Shown here: positions 40,495-55,700 of the stretch, one piece after another
Layout of the letters: each line of letters begins with the position of its first letter
Numbering within the stretch: position 1 is the first letter of the stretch
NCBI RefSeq assembly: GCF_009914755.1
Contig: NC_060933.1
Source of the DNA: the human T2T-CHM13v2.0 reference genome, Homo sapiens
Reading direction: 5' to 3' (one strand)
Length of the DNA: 64,000 bases
Notes under the pieces: generated by a model
What the model saw: the letters and a program-made list of their open reading frames with translations, nothing else
Told to the model about the DNA's origin: nothing
Databases searched by the model: none
Made by a program: the position numbers and the translations under genes

Positions 40495-43100
40495 TGTTAC
40501 TTTTCAAATTTTTTTTAGATTCAGAGGGTACATGTGCAGGTTTGCTGCCTAGGTATATTGCATGATGCTGAGGTTTGGGGTACAAATGATTTCATCATCC
40601 AGGTATTGAGCATAGTACCCAAGTTTTTCAAATTTTTCTCCTTCCTTCCCCACTCTAGTAGTCCCTAGTGTCTATTGTTGCCATCTTTATGTCCCTAAAT
40701 ACCCAATGGTTAACTCCCAATTATAAGTGAAAACATGTGATATTTGGTTTCTGTTCCCGTGTTAGTCTGCTTAGGATAGTGACCTCCAGCTGCAGCCATG
40801 TTGCTGCCAAGCACCTGATTTCATTCTTTTTTAAGACTGTGTAGTATTCCATGGCGTATATGTACCACATTTTCTTTATCCAATTCACTCTTGTTAGGTA
40901 CCTAGGTTAATTCCATGTCTTTGCTATTATGAATAGTGCTGTGATGAACATGTAAGTACATGTGTCTTCTTTGTTTTCTTTTGGGTATATACACAGTAAT
41001 GGCACTGCTGGGTTGAATGGTAGTTTGAAATTTCTTGAGAAATCTCCAAACTACCTTCTACAGTGGCTGAACTAATTTACATTTCCACCAAAAATGTATA
41101 AGCATTCCCCTTAATCCACAGCCTTGCCAACATCTGTTGATTTTTGACTTTTTAATAGTCATTCTGACTGGTGTGACATGATATCTCGTGGTTTTAATTT
41201 GCATTTCTCTGATGATTAGTGATGTGGAGCATTTTTTCACATGTTGGCCACTTGAATGTCTTCTTTTGAGAAGTGTCTGTTCATGCCTTTTGCCTATTTT
41301 TAAAGGAATTTTGTTGTTTTTGCTTGTTCAATGAAGTTTTTATTTTGCTTGTTTAAAGGAATGAGGAATGGTATAATTACTTGCATAAAGAATTGTCTAA
41401 ATTCCTTATAAATTCCGCACATTAGACCTTTGTCAGATGCAAAGTTTGCAAATATTTTCTCCTGTTCTTTAGGATGTCTGTTTACTCTGTTGATAGTTTA
41501 TTTTACTGTGCAGGAGCTCTTTAATCAGCTACCACTTGTCAATTTTTGTTTTTGTTGCAATTGCCTACAAGGACTCAGTCATAAATTATTTCCCAAGGCT
41601 GATGTCCAGAATGTTGTTTCCTAGATTTTCTTCTCGGATTCTTATAGTTTGAGAGGTCTCACATTTAAATCTTTAATCCATCTTGAGTTAATTTTTGTGT
41701 GTGGTGAAAGGTAAGGGTCCAGTTTCATTCCTCTGCATGTGACTCCTTGCTCATTTTTGTCAACTTTGTCACATATTAGATGGCTGTATGCGTGTGGCTT
41801 TATTTCTGGGTTTTCTATTCTATTCCACTTGTCTATGTGTCTGTTTTTGTACCAATACCATGCTCTTATGGTTACTGTAGCCTTATAGTATAGTTTTAAG
41901 TCTGGCAATGTGAGGCCTCTGGATTTGTTCTTTTTGCTTAGGATTGCTTTTGCTATTTGACTCTTATTTTCCATACTGATTTTAGCATAGTTTTTATGAT
42001 TTCTGTGAAAAATAACACTGGTAGTCTCATAAGAAGAGCACTGAATTTATAGATTGCTTTGGGCAGTAAGGTTATTTTAATGATATGAATTCTTCCAATC
42101 TATGAGCAGAATGCCTGGTGAAATGTTTGGGTGCATAGTAGAGAGGGACCCCCTGCACCAGAATCTTTGCACAAGAAGGATGAGGTGGCTTAGGCTGCTG
42201 ATCCAGGTGAGCTGGTGCTCTGAATGTCTGGGGACCTTCTGAGAAGGAGTGAAGAGGGTCCTGGTGCATCACAATCTATGTCCCAGAAGGATGATGCAAC
42301 TCAGGCTGCTGAACCCAATGAGCAGGTGCTACAAATGCCTGGAGATCCACCTGGGCATGAAGCAGAGAGGGCCCCACTATACCACAATCTCAGGAGAGCA
42401 GGGTAGGGCATCCAGCAATGGCACATGCAGATCAGTTTCAGGTTACCAAGCTAGCCCTGCCTGCAAGTGTTATTGCCCAGGAAGAACCACAGCTGTAAGC
42501 AGCTCTCCTCCAGCTCTTAGGGAGGAGAGAACAATTCTAGTGCCTACTGCTGAAGCATTTTCCACTGTCCTGGTTGTAGAGGCCCCTAGCCCACTCCAGA
42601 GCAGATGCTCAAATCTCTGAGCCAAGACTAAAGTGCCTGTGCAAGTAAGCAACTGGGTTGCCAAGGCTGTAGGCACCCACATTAAAAATCATGTCCTGCC
42701 TGCAGACCCAGGTCTGGAAAAATGTCTGTAGCTTTTCCCAGAGTCTTTCCCTCACAGCATCTCCAAGACTCTTCCTAAGTTTTTTCCAGGGCTTGGGAGA
42801 AACAAAATGCTCTCCCTCAGCCTGGGTTGCTCATATCCCCAGTGGAAAGGTACGTCACAGAAAGAGGCTGTCTGTTTCTCTTACATACTGAGCCTTCAAT
42901 CATTTTATCAACTGGACACCATCACAGGGGCTGTTTGCCAGCATTCTCCTCTCCGGCATCTGGGGTGTCCTTTACAATTCCAGTGGGTTCCCATTTTTCT
43001 TGAATTAAAGCTCACAGTGTTGATCTTTATGTGCTATCTTGCTATCTCGCTATCTCCAAGAGGCAGAGGCATGCTGAAAGCCTCTAGTTTGCCATCTTGG
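40495..43100 (-). mobile_element. L1PA15/16-like LINE-1 with both ends and a large internal deletion
   Basis: 3'UTR and late ORF2 at 40495-42110 (ORFs 41058-41240 and 41642-41974 are ORF2-like), joined to a GC-richer 5'UTR that begins CCAAGATGGCAAACTAG at 43100. Confidence 0.8.
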
Positions 43101-43323
43101 AGAAAGAATAAAAACAGAGTTTGTTTCTTTACATAATTAAAACCAAATCATAGCAAGATTGGACGTGAAAGTGTAAGAGAAGAAAGAGAAAGGAGAAATA
43201 AGTAAATGATACTAAAGAGAAAAAGGACTTAATGACGCATGCTATAAATTTTTAAATGAAAGTGTTGTATGAACTTTCAGCTAGTAAATTGTACACCTAG
43301 GAAAGGAAATAGGTGTACACTGC

Positions 43324-43625
43324 AGCCGGGCTCAGTGGCTCACGCCTGTAATCCCAGCACTTTGGGAGCCTGAGGCGAGTGGATCATGAGGTCAGGAGTT
43401 CAAGACCAGCCTGGCCAACATGGTGAAACCCCATCTCTATTAAAAATACAAAAAAAGTAGCTGGACGTTGTGGCAGGTGCCAGTAATCCCAGCTACTCAG
43501 GAGGCTGAGGGAGGAGAATCTCTCAAACCTGGGAGGTGGAGGTTGCAGTGAGCCAAGATTGCCACTGCACCACTCCAGCCTGGGCGACAGAGTGAGACTC
43601 TGTCTAAAAAAAAAAAATAAAAAAG
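43324..43625 (+). mobile_element. AluS
   Basis: Full Alu dimer plus A tail. Confidence 0.95.
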
Positions 43626-44339
43626 AAAATAGATGGACACTTGCATAATGTAAATTACTAAGGAGACTAGAGAAGAAAAAGATAATCTAAATGTATTTAT
43701 AAAAATTAGAAATTGGCTCAGAATTTTTCTATCAACGAAAAGAAAAAAATAAAGAGTTTTGGGTTTCCTTGCTTTTATTATTTTTAATTTACACATAATA
43801 ATTGTACATATTTATCGGGTAATGTGTGGTATTTCAATGCATGTGTACAATGTGTAGTTCAAATCAGAATAATTAGCACAACTATCACTTCAAAATTTAT
43901 TATTTTTTAAAAAAACCGTTTAATAGGCAAATTTACCAATAGTTATGTAACAGATGGTTGTGATTTTATATAGTCTTTCAGATACTGGATAAAAAGAGAG
44001 AACTTTTCCTTTTTCATTTCAAAATAATATATCTTAATAAAAGTAGACAGAGCACTTTCAGAATATTCATATTCATGCACAGATATAAAAATATCAAAGC
44101 ATTCATAATCTAAACCTAGCATAAATCTATTACCACTAATCCAGATGGCAAAGTTGATTTCAACATTATAAAATCTATTAAGATATCTTTATCAAATTGA
44201 TCTATTAAAGAGAAAAGTAAATATCAATAGATTTAGAAAAAATATTTATACAACTCAACCTCCATTTGTGAATAACAACATCGACTCTCCAGAGGGCAGT
44301 ATTTTCCTAGGAAGTAAATCCACTTAGTCTGAAAGGATA

Positions 44340-45011
<672 letters not shown>

Positions 45012-47150
45012 AAGAATGGATAATTCTTTACATTTAGACTCACTAACTATAAACAACTCACACAGGACTCACAAGAACTCACTAAGGACCCACATAGCCA
45101 GCTACCAAAACTGTATAGCTACCTTCATGCTTAGTGGCAAAATGTTAAAACCTTTTTCCATAAATCCAAGAACCAGACAGGGTTTAACATTATAATAGAG
45201 ATCCTAACCAGCTCATCAAGGCAAAATTAATGAATTAATTAATTACACTAATAACTAATATATATTCTTTATGTATGAAATCCAAAACAAATAAATTAAC
45301 AAATAAAATTAATAACAAAGTAGAACAAGCTTGCTTAATGTAAGATTTATATACAATACTCGATAGATTTCTTGTACCAGGAAAAGTTAGACACTTTAGT
45401 TAGAAATACTATTTCCTAATAGTAAATAGATGAGGTACCTAGGAATGAATCTAACACATGATGTGCAAGATCTTTTGTGTAGAAAGTTAAAAAAAATAAC
45501 TTGTATCACAAAAGATTTTTTAAAAGTCCTAAGTGGAGAGACATGACATATTCATAGAAACAAACTACTGAAGATATTAATTCTTCCCAGGTTGATAGAT
45601 AGATTTAATGCAATACCAATAAATATCTCTGCAGGATTTTCTTTTTTGTGGAAATGATGGGCGAATCCCGAAATTTATATCAAAGGGCCAGGAGCTTGTC
45701 TTAACTTTAAAAACAAGACAGGGAAACTTGTTCAGGCATATAAATGAGTTGTTTAAAGCCATAATAATGAAGGCATTTTACATTTCTGCAGGTATAGACA
45801 AATAAACAAATGAAATCACATAGAAAGCTAAGCAATGAAACAGGCATTTACGTAAACAGTATATACCAATAATGACGTTGTAGAGCAATAAAGGAAAGCC
45901 TGACTAATTCAATGAGGCTTAATGTTGACTTTTCATACAGAAAATTTTAAAATAATGTTTCCTTATATAACACGCAAACACTAATTAAAAACTACAAGTT
46001 TAGAAAAGAGAAATATATATGTGCCTGTGGGGTATGCAAATAAGAAAAGCTGTTACACACAAACGCAAATCATAAAGAAAAAGACTAATAAGTCTAACTG
46101 CATTTTAAAAATAAGAGCTTCTGTTAATCAACAGACATCATAGAGTGCCAGTGCCCCCCACACATTTGGAGAATGTATTTGCAACATTCAACAATGTTGC
46201 AACACAACAAATAAAGTGTTAGTATATAGAATATATAAAGTATAATGCATGTAACCATATATAAAAGTTAACAAAGACATTGACATTTTGTAGAAACAGG
46301 AGCATGAACAACCAATAAACATTTGAAAAATGCTTGTTCTCATCAGTTATAAGGGAAATACCAAATAAAATGGCATAAGATTACCATTTCACACTCTTGT
46401 GACTGGTGAAAAAGAAAGTACAATGATACTGATTGTTGTAAAAGGTGTAGAGCAATAGCAACTCTCATATGCTGCTTATGGAATGTACATTGGTCCAAAT
46501 ATATCGAAAAATAAATTGGTATTGTCTACTAAATTTCAAAAATTCCTACAACCAAGCAATTAGATTCCTATGAATATCACCTAAATAAACTTGCACATGT
46601 ATACCAGGAAATGTTCTACAAGCATGTTTCCAACAACGTTGATTTTACTAGCAAAAAACTGGAAGCATCTTAAATCCCCATCATCAGTAGAACTGACATA
46701 CTGTAAAATAGTAATTGCATTACATACTATGCAGCAGAAAGAACATACAGCAACAGTACAAAAAAATAGGTTAATTTCAAAACAAGATTGATTGAAAGTA
46801 GTATTTCATGAGAAAATATTTGCAGTATGATCTCCTTTATGTTTATACCACAATAAACAGAGGAATATTTGTGAAAAAAATCTATCCAGAAAAACAAGAT
46901 ATAATTAACATAAAATTCAAAATAGTGGTCACCTCTGAAGGCTGGGAGAATGATAATGGAATGCACATGGCAGGGCCACATAGGCAGCTCCAAAGGTTCT
47001 TTAACATTCTATTTCTTAAGCCGGGTGGAGTATATATGGCTCCTGGTTTTCTTAGTATTTCTTTTTATATCCATCCATCCATCCATCTATCCATGTATCC
47101 ATGGATCTGTGTATCAATCTATCCAGCTATCCGTCTATTCATTTATCTAC

Positions 47151-47480
47151 CTGTCTTGGTCCATTTGGGCTTCTATAACAGAATACCAAAGATGGAATCA
47201 TTTATAGACAACAGATATTTACTTCTTACAGTTCAGGATCAAGGCACTGGCAGATTTAGAGTCTGGTGAAGGCCTGCTTTCTGGTTCATGCACAACTATA
47301 TTCTGTGTCTTTACATGGTGGAAGGAGAGAGGGAGCTTTCTGGTGTCCTTTTTAGAAGAGCAGTAATCCCATTTATGAGGGCTCCTAATTACCTCTCAAA
47401 GATTCTATTTTCAAATACAGTTGCATTGGGTATTAGGTTTCAACATATGAATGGGGGAGGCAAACATTCAGTTTATAGTG
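47151..47480 (-). mobile_element. MLT1A/MST-type MaLR solo LTR
   Basis: TGTCTTGGTCCATTTGGGCTTCTATAACAGAATACC...CAAACATTCAG; flanked by (TCCA/TCTA)n. Confidence 0.75.

Positions 47481-47521
<41 letters not shown>
47481..47521. repeat. (CTAT)n tetranucleotide microsatellite
   Basis: About 10 perfect CTAT units. Confidence 0.95.
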
Positions 47522-50500
47522 ATGTAGCTAACTAGCTAGCTAGCTTACATGTATTTTTCTATATAAGATATAGAGTATTTCATAAGAAAAAATAAAATTT
47601 GGGTAGGATTTTGGCAACAAATAGATAAAGGATAAAAGAAAAATCTGGAGAATTTCACAGGCAAAGGCACTGATGCGTGAAAGGCATTTATGTACATAAG
47701 CATGTACTTTTGAAGAATGACATCTAATTCAAGTATGTATTCTTGATGTTAGAAAAAGTTTCAGAGTCAACTGAAAGGCAGGCAAAAGCACTGCTGTTTA
47801 GATATGTGGCTCCTTTAGGGTGGCAAATTGAAGACAAATTCCCTTGTATTATTTTCCCTTTCCTGGATATTTAGCCATTTCACTCTCAGGGAAAGGGAGG
47901 ATCTTAAGAGAGGTACAAGTGGACTGCAGTCCCAGGAGCTGTAGCTTGTCTGGGGGGAGAAGCACAGAGCTGCATGAACAGGGCCTTGCTCAGGTTGGCA
48001 TCACTAATGTGTAACCCGTTGCATGGACATGTAATGTGGCATTAGTAATGTACTTACTGCACTGCCTGGCACACAGTTGTGCTCATGAAATATTTGGGGT
48101 ATGAATGAATGAATAAAGCCTTTGACAATGAGGAGTCATGGGAACACGTCTCCTTTGTTGATGCTGTCTCCTTCTCCTTTTTCTTTTTTTGGTTATTTTC
48201 GCTTTGGCTAGAGAAACTTTATAACATTTTTCCCCTTTCCTTTTCAGTAGCTGGTAGGGGTGGGAAGACTCGAGGAGGTCCAAGACTAACTGTGAATGGG
48301 CCTGATTTCCAATGATCCTTGCAGAGTGCTGACAGATGTCTGACATGAGAGTGAGATTGAAGAAGCTGCCAGCTGGAGCCAGTAGCCAACCTCCTTTTCT
48401 GTGGAAATCTCCATAGATGGTGGCAGATCAGATGTCACCGCATACAGGCTCTACGCTCTTTCCTCTCCTCTCATTACCCCTCATTTCTCCAGCTCACATC
48501 TCCTTCTACCCTCTATCTGCTTATTCTCCTTTGCTTATGCTTTTTCAATGAACCATTTTTGTACCTTTGCTTTGCTCAATTTCTTCTTGTACTCTTTGGA
48601 CCATTATTTCTCTTTTTGGCCTAGAGGATCTATAAGAAACTAGGAGTATGGTTGAGGCAACATGACTTGATTATAAATCTCATGCTTTTGAGAGTTCAAT
48701 TTTTCCACCTGTAGTGTAATTTCCTTCTAGATTTAGTTTCCTCTCATTTTTGAATTTTATTATAGTTTATCTTTAACAGAAATATAATGCAAGTTCATTA
48801 TAAATGAAATTCAGAGAGGCATAAAAGAGAAAAACTATAAAAATCATCCAGACAGGGCAGCTCTTTATGTATTTGGGGGGGATATTATTCTTCTAGTCTT
48901 TGTCTGCTTTTTACTATTATTTTTCCTTTTGGAAATTAAGGGCACCAATCACTTCATATTCTTCCTTTTCAGGCTGTAACTAGTGTAAGAAAGAAGCAGG
49001 AGTGAAACGTGGAGCTAATAAAAATAGAGGCTCGATAGTTTCCAACTTGTGAGGCTTCTTTATAAGGCAGAATTGGAGAATGTGGCTGGGAACTGAAGTC
49101 AATTGTCCTCTGATAACCTGACCAGCAAATCTATGCTTCCAGACCTACTGTGAGGAGTATTAGATCTGATTATACTGCACTCACCTCACTACCTGCATGG
49201 AAAATAGTACTTGCCTTAGAAACACAGAATAAAGAGCAGGGGACAGAGGGTGAATAGCAGGAGTTCAGGCTCACCTTTAGGCAGCTGAGCCTGCCCATCT
49301 CCAGGTGTTCTTAGCCTTTGAAATTAGGAAAACCAAAGAGGAATCCAAGCCCTTCTTTCAGATGTTTGAGGCAGAGAAACATGACTGCCTATTTCCAAAC
49401 TTTGGTACAAAGTAGCCTCACCCATTCGTACAAGTTTGAGTTTGTATTAGGAAAGAACCAATCAGGAAAACAGAAACCAACTAATCATTTTAATTATTTA
49501 AAAAAAATTTAACATGTAGAATTTAATAGAAAAAATTTAATATAGGAAATCTAATGTTGAAGAAGTAAAAGAAAAAAATAGCAAAGGGATAAATGAGGTA
49601 ACAAAAGGAAACTGTAGAAAGCAGGGTGCCAGGGTTGGGGAACAAAGGGAAAAGGCTGGGTTTCTCCAAGCATAGGAGTATAGAGGAGTGGTCCTAGTCC
49701 CAGGCACAGGACTGTGTTGGGACTTCAGGAACTTGAAGGAGGGGCTGCAAGGAGTGATGACTTAGATTTAGAGCTACAGATGCTTATTGGGCACCCACAG
49801 GTCTTAGTAACAGGATTTAAAAAACAATCACATCAATTAAAGAAAACAAAAGCTGCCTCTGCTTGCCAGAAAGAGATGGCCCCACATAAACAAGACTGTA
49901 TTGTCTCACATCCAGAGGTGGACAGAGACAACCAGGGAGGTATAGGTCATGCTTTACTTTTTAAAACAATTTAAACAGTACATCATGAATATACACTTAT
50001 TTAAATTATTTAAAGTTTACTAAAATCCATAGATGAAAAAGTACACGTTACCTTCTGCTCACTACTCTAAATAGACTTCTAGGCCTTTTGGTGAAAAACG
50101 TATACATACACACATACATACATATACATACACATACAATATACAGTATGTAAATGTATATTCATGTAATTTGGAGTTCCTTTAGACATTAATGGGATCA
50201 CAAAATAGGAAGACAAGTGCATAGATTCTTTTTAATAATTTTCACCCAATATTATTTATCAGAAAATTTCTATTCTTTGTAAAGGCTGCACTGTTCTTAC
50301 AGGAAGAATCCTTTCAAATTAATCTGATCTTTTTTCCACTATTGGACATTCAGTTTTCCATTTTTCAGAGTTATAAAAATGTTACAGTGAATATTCTTAG
50401 GCATATATCTTTATACAGATGTGAAAATAAATCTGAGGATAGTGCCTAAACTAAGTATTTGATAAAAAGTTAAATGCAATGCAAGTTTTTAATAAATTCT

Positions 50501-50776
50501 TCCAAAAAAGTATTGGTATAAATTATCAGCAGGTGTTCCTTTTTAAAAATTATCTTACCATAATTGATTTTTTTAAATATTTCTTAGTACTGTCATTTTG
50601 ATGGGGAAAATATCCCATTGTACCTTCATTTTTAATTGTTTAAACACATAAACTTTTTAATGTTAAAGATTACATTCATGTTATCTGTAAGAAAATGATG
50701 TTTAAGCTGTGTAATAACAAAATATTATTTCTTTAACTTTCATATTAAATCAGACAGAAGCTCTTTGACCACTTAC

Positions 50777-50907
50777 TTTTTGTAGAGATCGGGAATGGGG
50801 TCTCACTACATTGCCCAGGCTAGTCTCAAACTCCTGGGCTCGATCAATCCTCCCAACCTGGCCTCCTAAAGTGCTGGGGTTACTGGCATTGGCCACTATT
50901 GCCTGGC
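50777..50907 (-). mobile_element. Alu left monomer (FLAM-like)
   Basis: Single arm TTGCCCAGGCTAGTCTCAAACTCCTGGGCTC...CCTGGC. Confidence 0.8.
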
Positions 50908-51539
50908 TTATAGACCAGTTACTTTTAATGACATGTTATTTCTAGAAAGGAAAAGTTACTGGTTTGAATAACTTTTCAGAGGATTATTTGTACAACTTGA
51001 GGGCATTTTTAAAAACAACTATTAAATATAACACACATTCCTTGCATACAATTTTTATTTTCCAAGAAGACAGGTTTACAGAGAAATTTAATGGATCAGT
51101 AAGAGATATTTCATAGCTACCTGAGATGGATTAGGATGAATCTGACTGGGATGAATATGCTTGCGTGCCTCTACCTTTTTCTATCATTCCTTATTGACCT
51201 TCAAGGCAACTCGATGCAAATCACCCACTTTAAAAATCTTCTTCCTGAGACATTGTGATATTTTTCCCAAATGAAGTTTGCACTTCCTATTACAACCTCC
51301 ATAGGATGTTGACAGAACACTTGTATAATAATTTGTGTCAATTCCTGCTATCTCTGCTAGAACATAAGCCTAGACAAAAGCCAGGGTGTCATGGTCTGAC
51401 GTGCTTGGCGCTACATCCCTAGCACTTAGCACAAGGCATGGGGCATATCATAAATTTTGTAATATGTGATGAGTGACCTGATTTTGTGAAATGAAATAAA
51501 ACTCTCCCTTCTACAAAAGTGTCGAGGACCATTGAGATG

Positions 51540-51810
51540 TTGTATATGGTTAAAAGTATAAATTTGCTAAGAGGGCAGATCTTATGTTAAGGCTTTTTAT
51601 CACAAAAGAAAACAACAGCAGCCGCAGCAACAACAAAACCCAAAATAGAACCAAAGGGATTGAGATGAAAGCTTTGGAGGCAATGAGTAAATGTATGGCA
51701 TTGACTGTGATTGATGGTTTCATAAGCGTATGCTTATCCGCAAAAACATCACTTTGTATAAATTAAATATCCAGAGCTTTTTGTGTGTGTATCAATCTCA
51801 GTAAAGTAGC
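51540..51810 (+). mobile_element. L1MC-type 3' end fragment
   Basis: TTTGCTAAGAGGGCAGATCTTATGTTAAG...TCAATCTCAGTAAAGTAG. Confidence 0.6.
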
Positions 51811-52096
51811 GAAAACACAAAACAAAACAAAATGTAAAGCCAAACTTATAGCATGGTGAAAAGCATGATTTCAAGATAACTCACTTTCATATTTAGGTAA
51901 TTCAGTTGTCATTTGGCTCCCCTGATCACACCCCATTCTCCTTCTCTGCTGATTCTATGACCTGTGCATTTCCAGTGAAAGTCAAAACCTAACCAAATAT
52001 TCCACAGATACCCAGCAACTGATTTCTCGGGGCCTCCTCTGCCTCCTGAACTCCTTCTTTCTCTGGTCTCTGTTGATCTTATAACATGCATGATGT

Positions 52097-52396
52097 TATT
52101 TATTTATTTTTTTTAAGACGGAGTTTCGCTCTTGTTGCCCAGGCTGGAGTGTAATGGCGCATCTCGGCTCACCGCAACCTCCTCCTCCCGGGTTCAAGTG
52201 ATTCTCCTGCCTCAGCCTCCCAAGTAGCTGGGATTACAGGCATGTGCCACCATGCCCAGGTAATTTTTTGTACTTTTAGTAGAGATGGGGTTTCTCCATG
52301 TTGGTCAAGCTGGTCTCGAATTCCTGACCTCATGATCCACCCGCCTCGGCCTCCCAAAGAGCTGGGATTACAGGCGTGAGCCACCTCACCTAGCCC
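52097..52396 (-). mobile_element. AluSp-like
   Basis: GAGTTTCGCTCTTGTTGCCC and CTCACCGCAACC diagnostics; TSD CATGATGTTA. Confidence 0.95.
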
Positions 52397-53235
52397 ATGA
52401 TGTTAATTTCAATAAGAAAGTCAGTCATGTCCTTCAGCTCCATAAATCCCTATTCACACAAGGGTTTGTATAGCTCTATTAAAAAAAAAAAACATCCCAC
52501 ATCACCAAGGACTTCTACTCATCTTCCCCAATCTCTTTCACTCTCTAATCATCCCTTTCTCCAAAGGACCACAGATCCACTCCTGTACCCCACATCCCCC
52601 ATTCTTACTCAGAGTGACTTGGCCTGTTTTCTCTGAAGCACTGGAATTCTCCAACCTCTAATTTATTGGAATGTAAATTTCTATCACAGCCATATATCAA
52701 GAAAAATTTTTCCAGTAAGAGGTAATTTACTCCTAAAGAGGAATCTGGTGCTGGTTGGTAAAGAAATAATATTGTGCTAAATTTACATTTACACATATTA
52801 CATCTAAAATCTGGGAATGTTTTACATATGTGGAGTTCAGTCTGGCTTTTATAAACAAATGAGCACTACAGTAATTACTGCACTTTCCTTCCATAAATTG
52901 TTGGGCATGCCTATGTTATCATTCAGAGAAAGCAGAGCTAGCTTCTCTTGACCCATTCAGAAAGTGGATTGTGAATCAGCCCCAGAAAAACATGCCTTTA
53001 ACCCCACAGTAATTTATGAGGAGAGTAGTTTCAAAATTTTGCTGAGAATTGGAAAAAAAAAAAGCAAAAGAAAAGAAAAAAGCAGCATAGGAGAATGCAA
53101 GTGCAATAGTCATTACTTTTCAAGCCAGTAAGGACAAGTTTTGAATTAAAAAAAGGGAAGATATGAGTTATATCACATCAAATTTATAGGATATTCTTTG
53201 TGAGCCCACCAGAACAACGTAAAGATCTTTACTGA

Positions 53236-53646
<411 letters not shown>

Positions 53647-54093
53647 AATTTTTCACAATTTAAGGACACACCCAAACCAGCAGACAGATGAGAAACTGAA
53701 CATGGTCAACTCCCCAGAAACCCTCCTCTTATGCCCTTCAGTATCTTCCATTAGGGTAACTCCTCTTCTGCTGATACATAGCTTCTAAGAGATTACATTT
53801 GCCTGTTGTTGAACCTTATATTGGTGGAATTATATAGCATGTACTCCATGTATTCTTAGGAATCTGGCTTTTTAAATTCAACATTATGTTTTTGAGATAC
53901 CTCCTCACTATTTTATTTATGATTATTATCATTATTATTTAATACTATTAATTTCCTACTGTAAATTGCATTCATTGAATTGAAATACTGAATTCCTTCT
54001 GTTGGAATAGATTTACCTTTTCTTATTGTTTGTATTTTTTCTCTTTTATTAAAAAAATTAAAACAAAACCACAGAAAGTATAAATCATCTATA

Positions 54094-54095
<2 letters not shown>

Positions 54096-54150
<55 letters not shown>
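54096..54150. repeat. (AC)n microsatellite
   Basis: About 27 uninterrupted AC units. Confidence 0.98.
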
Positions 54151-54151
<1 letters not shown>

Positions 54152-55469
54152 CTTATGCTTTCCAGGGAGTGGAAACTGACTTTACTTGTGTCAGATTCTT
54201 ATTTTAGGTTCTAAGTCTCAAATGATCTTCTTCTCCTCCCTTCCCTTCTCTTCCTCTCCTTCCCCTCCTCTTCCTCCTCCTTCTTCCTCCTCATTTCTCT
54301 CTCTCTCACACACACACACTTTTTGAGTCACCCTTTCTGTTCAATGAAAGCCAGTATTATGAATAGACCAACCTAGATCTCCCTTAGTTTTATAACTGGC
54401 AGCTACAAGAATGCCGAGCTTCCTTCTTTCACCAGGACCATATAACTTGGGAGAGGATTTTTACCATAGGAAAGGGGATTCTATAAAGATAAAAAGGGGG
54501 GTTGCATAATCAGACTAGGTAGGAGAAAATATGAACACCACAGTACACCATGCTTAGGATCCATTATAGCTAGTCCATAGATGAGGTCTTAATTTGTGTC
54601 AATACAATAATAACTCAATGAGCTAGGAACAGAGACTTTTAGTCAGTTTCACACCTGAAGTCTAGATGTGAAGGACTTATTTGTTTGATGTAAATATGTT
54701 TTTAGCAGAATTTATGGAAAGCTTGGCATGGCTCCTACTTTGATTGGCTCAGAAGTCAAGCATGGCCCCATTATATCTACAGAGAGGAGTGATGAGCTGT
54801 GTGCTGCTGGACTAAAGCCCAAGCGGGCTAGCCAAGCCAGAGCAGTACCCACCACACTGGCCCTGGAGCAGGACCAATGCATGAATATCCTCCCTAGTCT
54901 ACCTCTGGGTGCTAATGTTTCCAATGAGATTGGGAGGCCTGGGCCCGTCTACTGGAGGAATGGATCTCAGGCTTTCAAACTGGCTGCAGAACTAACTTTA
55001 CATATATCTGACTTCCCTGACTTATTAGAGCCTGCTGACCCTGGGAGATGACAGCTTTGGTTGGATGGATGAAGGTGGGGTGAGAATGATTAATAACCAG
55101 AGTTTCTCTGGAATCAACATTCATGGCAGAAGATAAGTACTAATCGGTATAGTTGTTGCACAGGCTGCTAGTTGTGTGTATTTTCAGATAACGGGGTTAG
55201 GATATTCTCTTACAGAATATTGTTACACATCTTATGGATTTAGAGAACTGGTAATATGTAGACCCTCTTATACTGTGGGTTCTTGGTACTGGCTTAGAGC
55301 ATTTAGCTACTGTTTATTGGGAATACATAGTGAAAGATTAAAATAGAATAAAATTATCTGATGCTGTGTTAATTTTCAGAGTTGTTAAAATTATGTTATG
55401 TGTAAAGGAAGGGATATTTCCTATTCATACATTTAATTAGATAGATGGTGGGTAGATAGATTAAAAAAA

Positions 55470-55700
55470 AAAGACTTCTAAATGCTAAGAATTCATTTAA
55501 GCAGTGCATGAGATGCTCTTCATTTAATCCTTAGCACAGGTCTAAGAGTTAGGTACTGATATTATTCTCAAGAACCTGGATTTAGAAAAGATGATAACTT
55601 CCTTGCCCAAAGTCATACAGATAGTTAGTGAAAGACCTGCACTCTAAATACGGGATGTGTGCTTCCAAATTTTAAGCTAAGTTTCTACAGTGTCCCACTG
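55470..55700 (-). mobile_element. MIR (other MIR/L2 fossils at ~940-1130, 4050-4240, 24150-24345, 30070-30270, 56150-56590, 60180-60400)
   Basis: CATTTAATCC...CTTGCCCAAAGTCATACAGATAGTTAGTG, the reverse MIR core. Confidence 0.6.

Noticed and set aside
47995-48052. pre-miRNA-like hairpin (CATCACTAATG ... CATTAGTAATG)
   Set aside because: The stem is only about 12 bp with a mismatch and a large loop, too weak for a miRNA precursor
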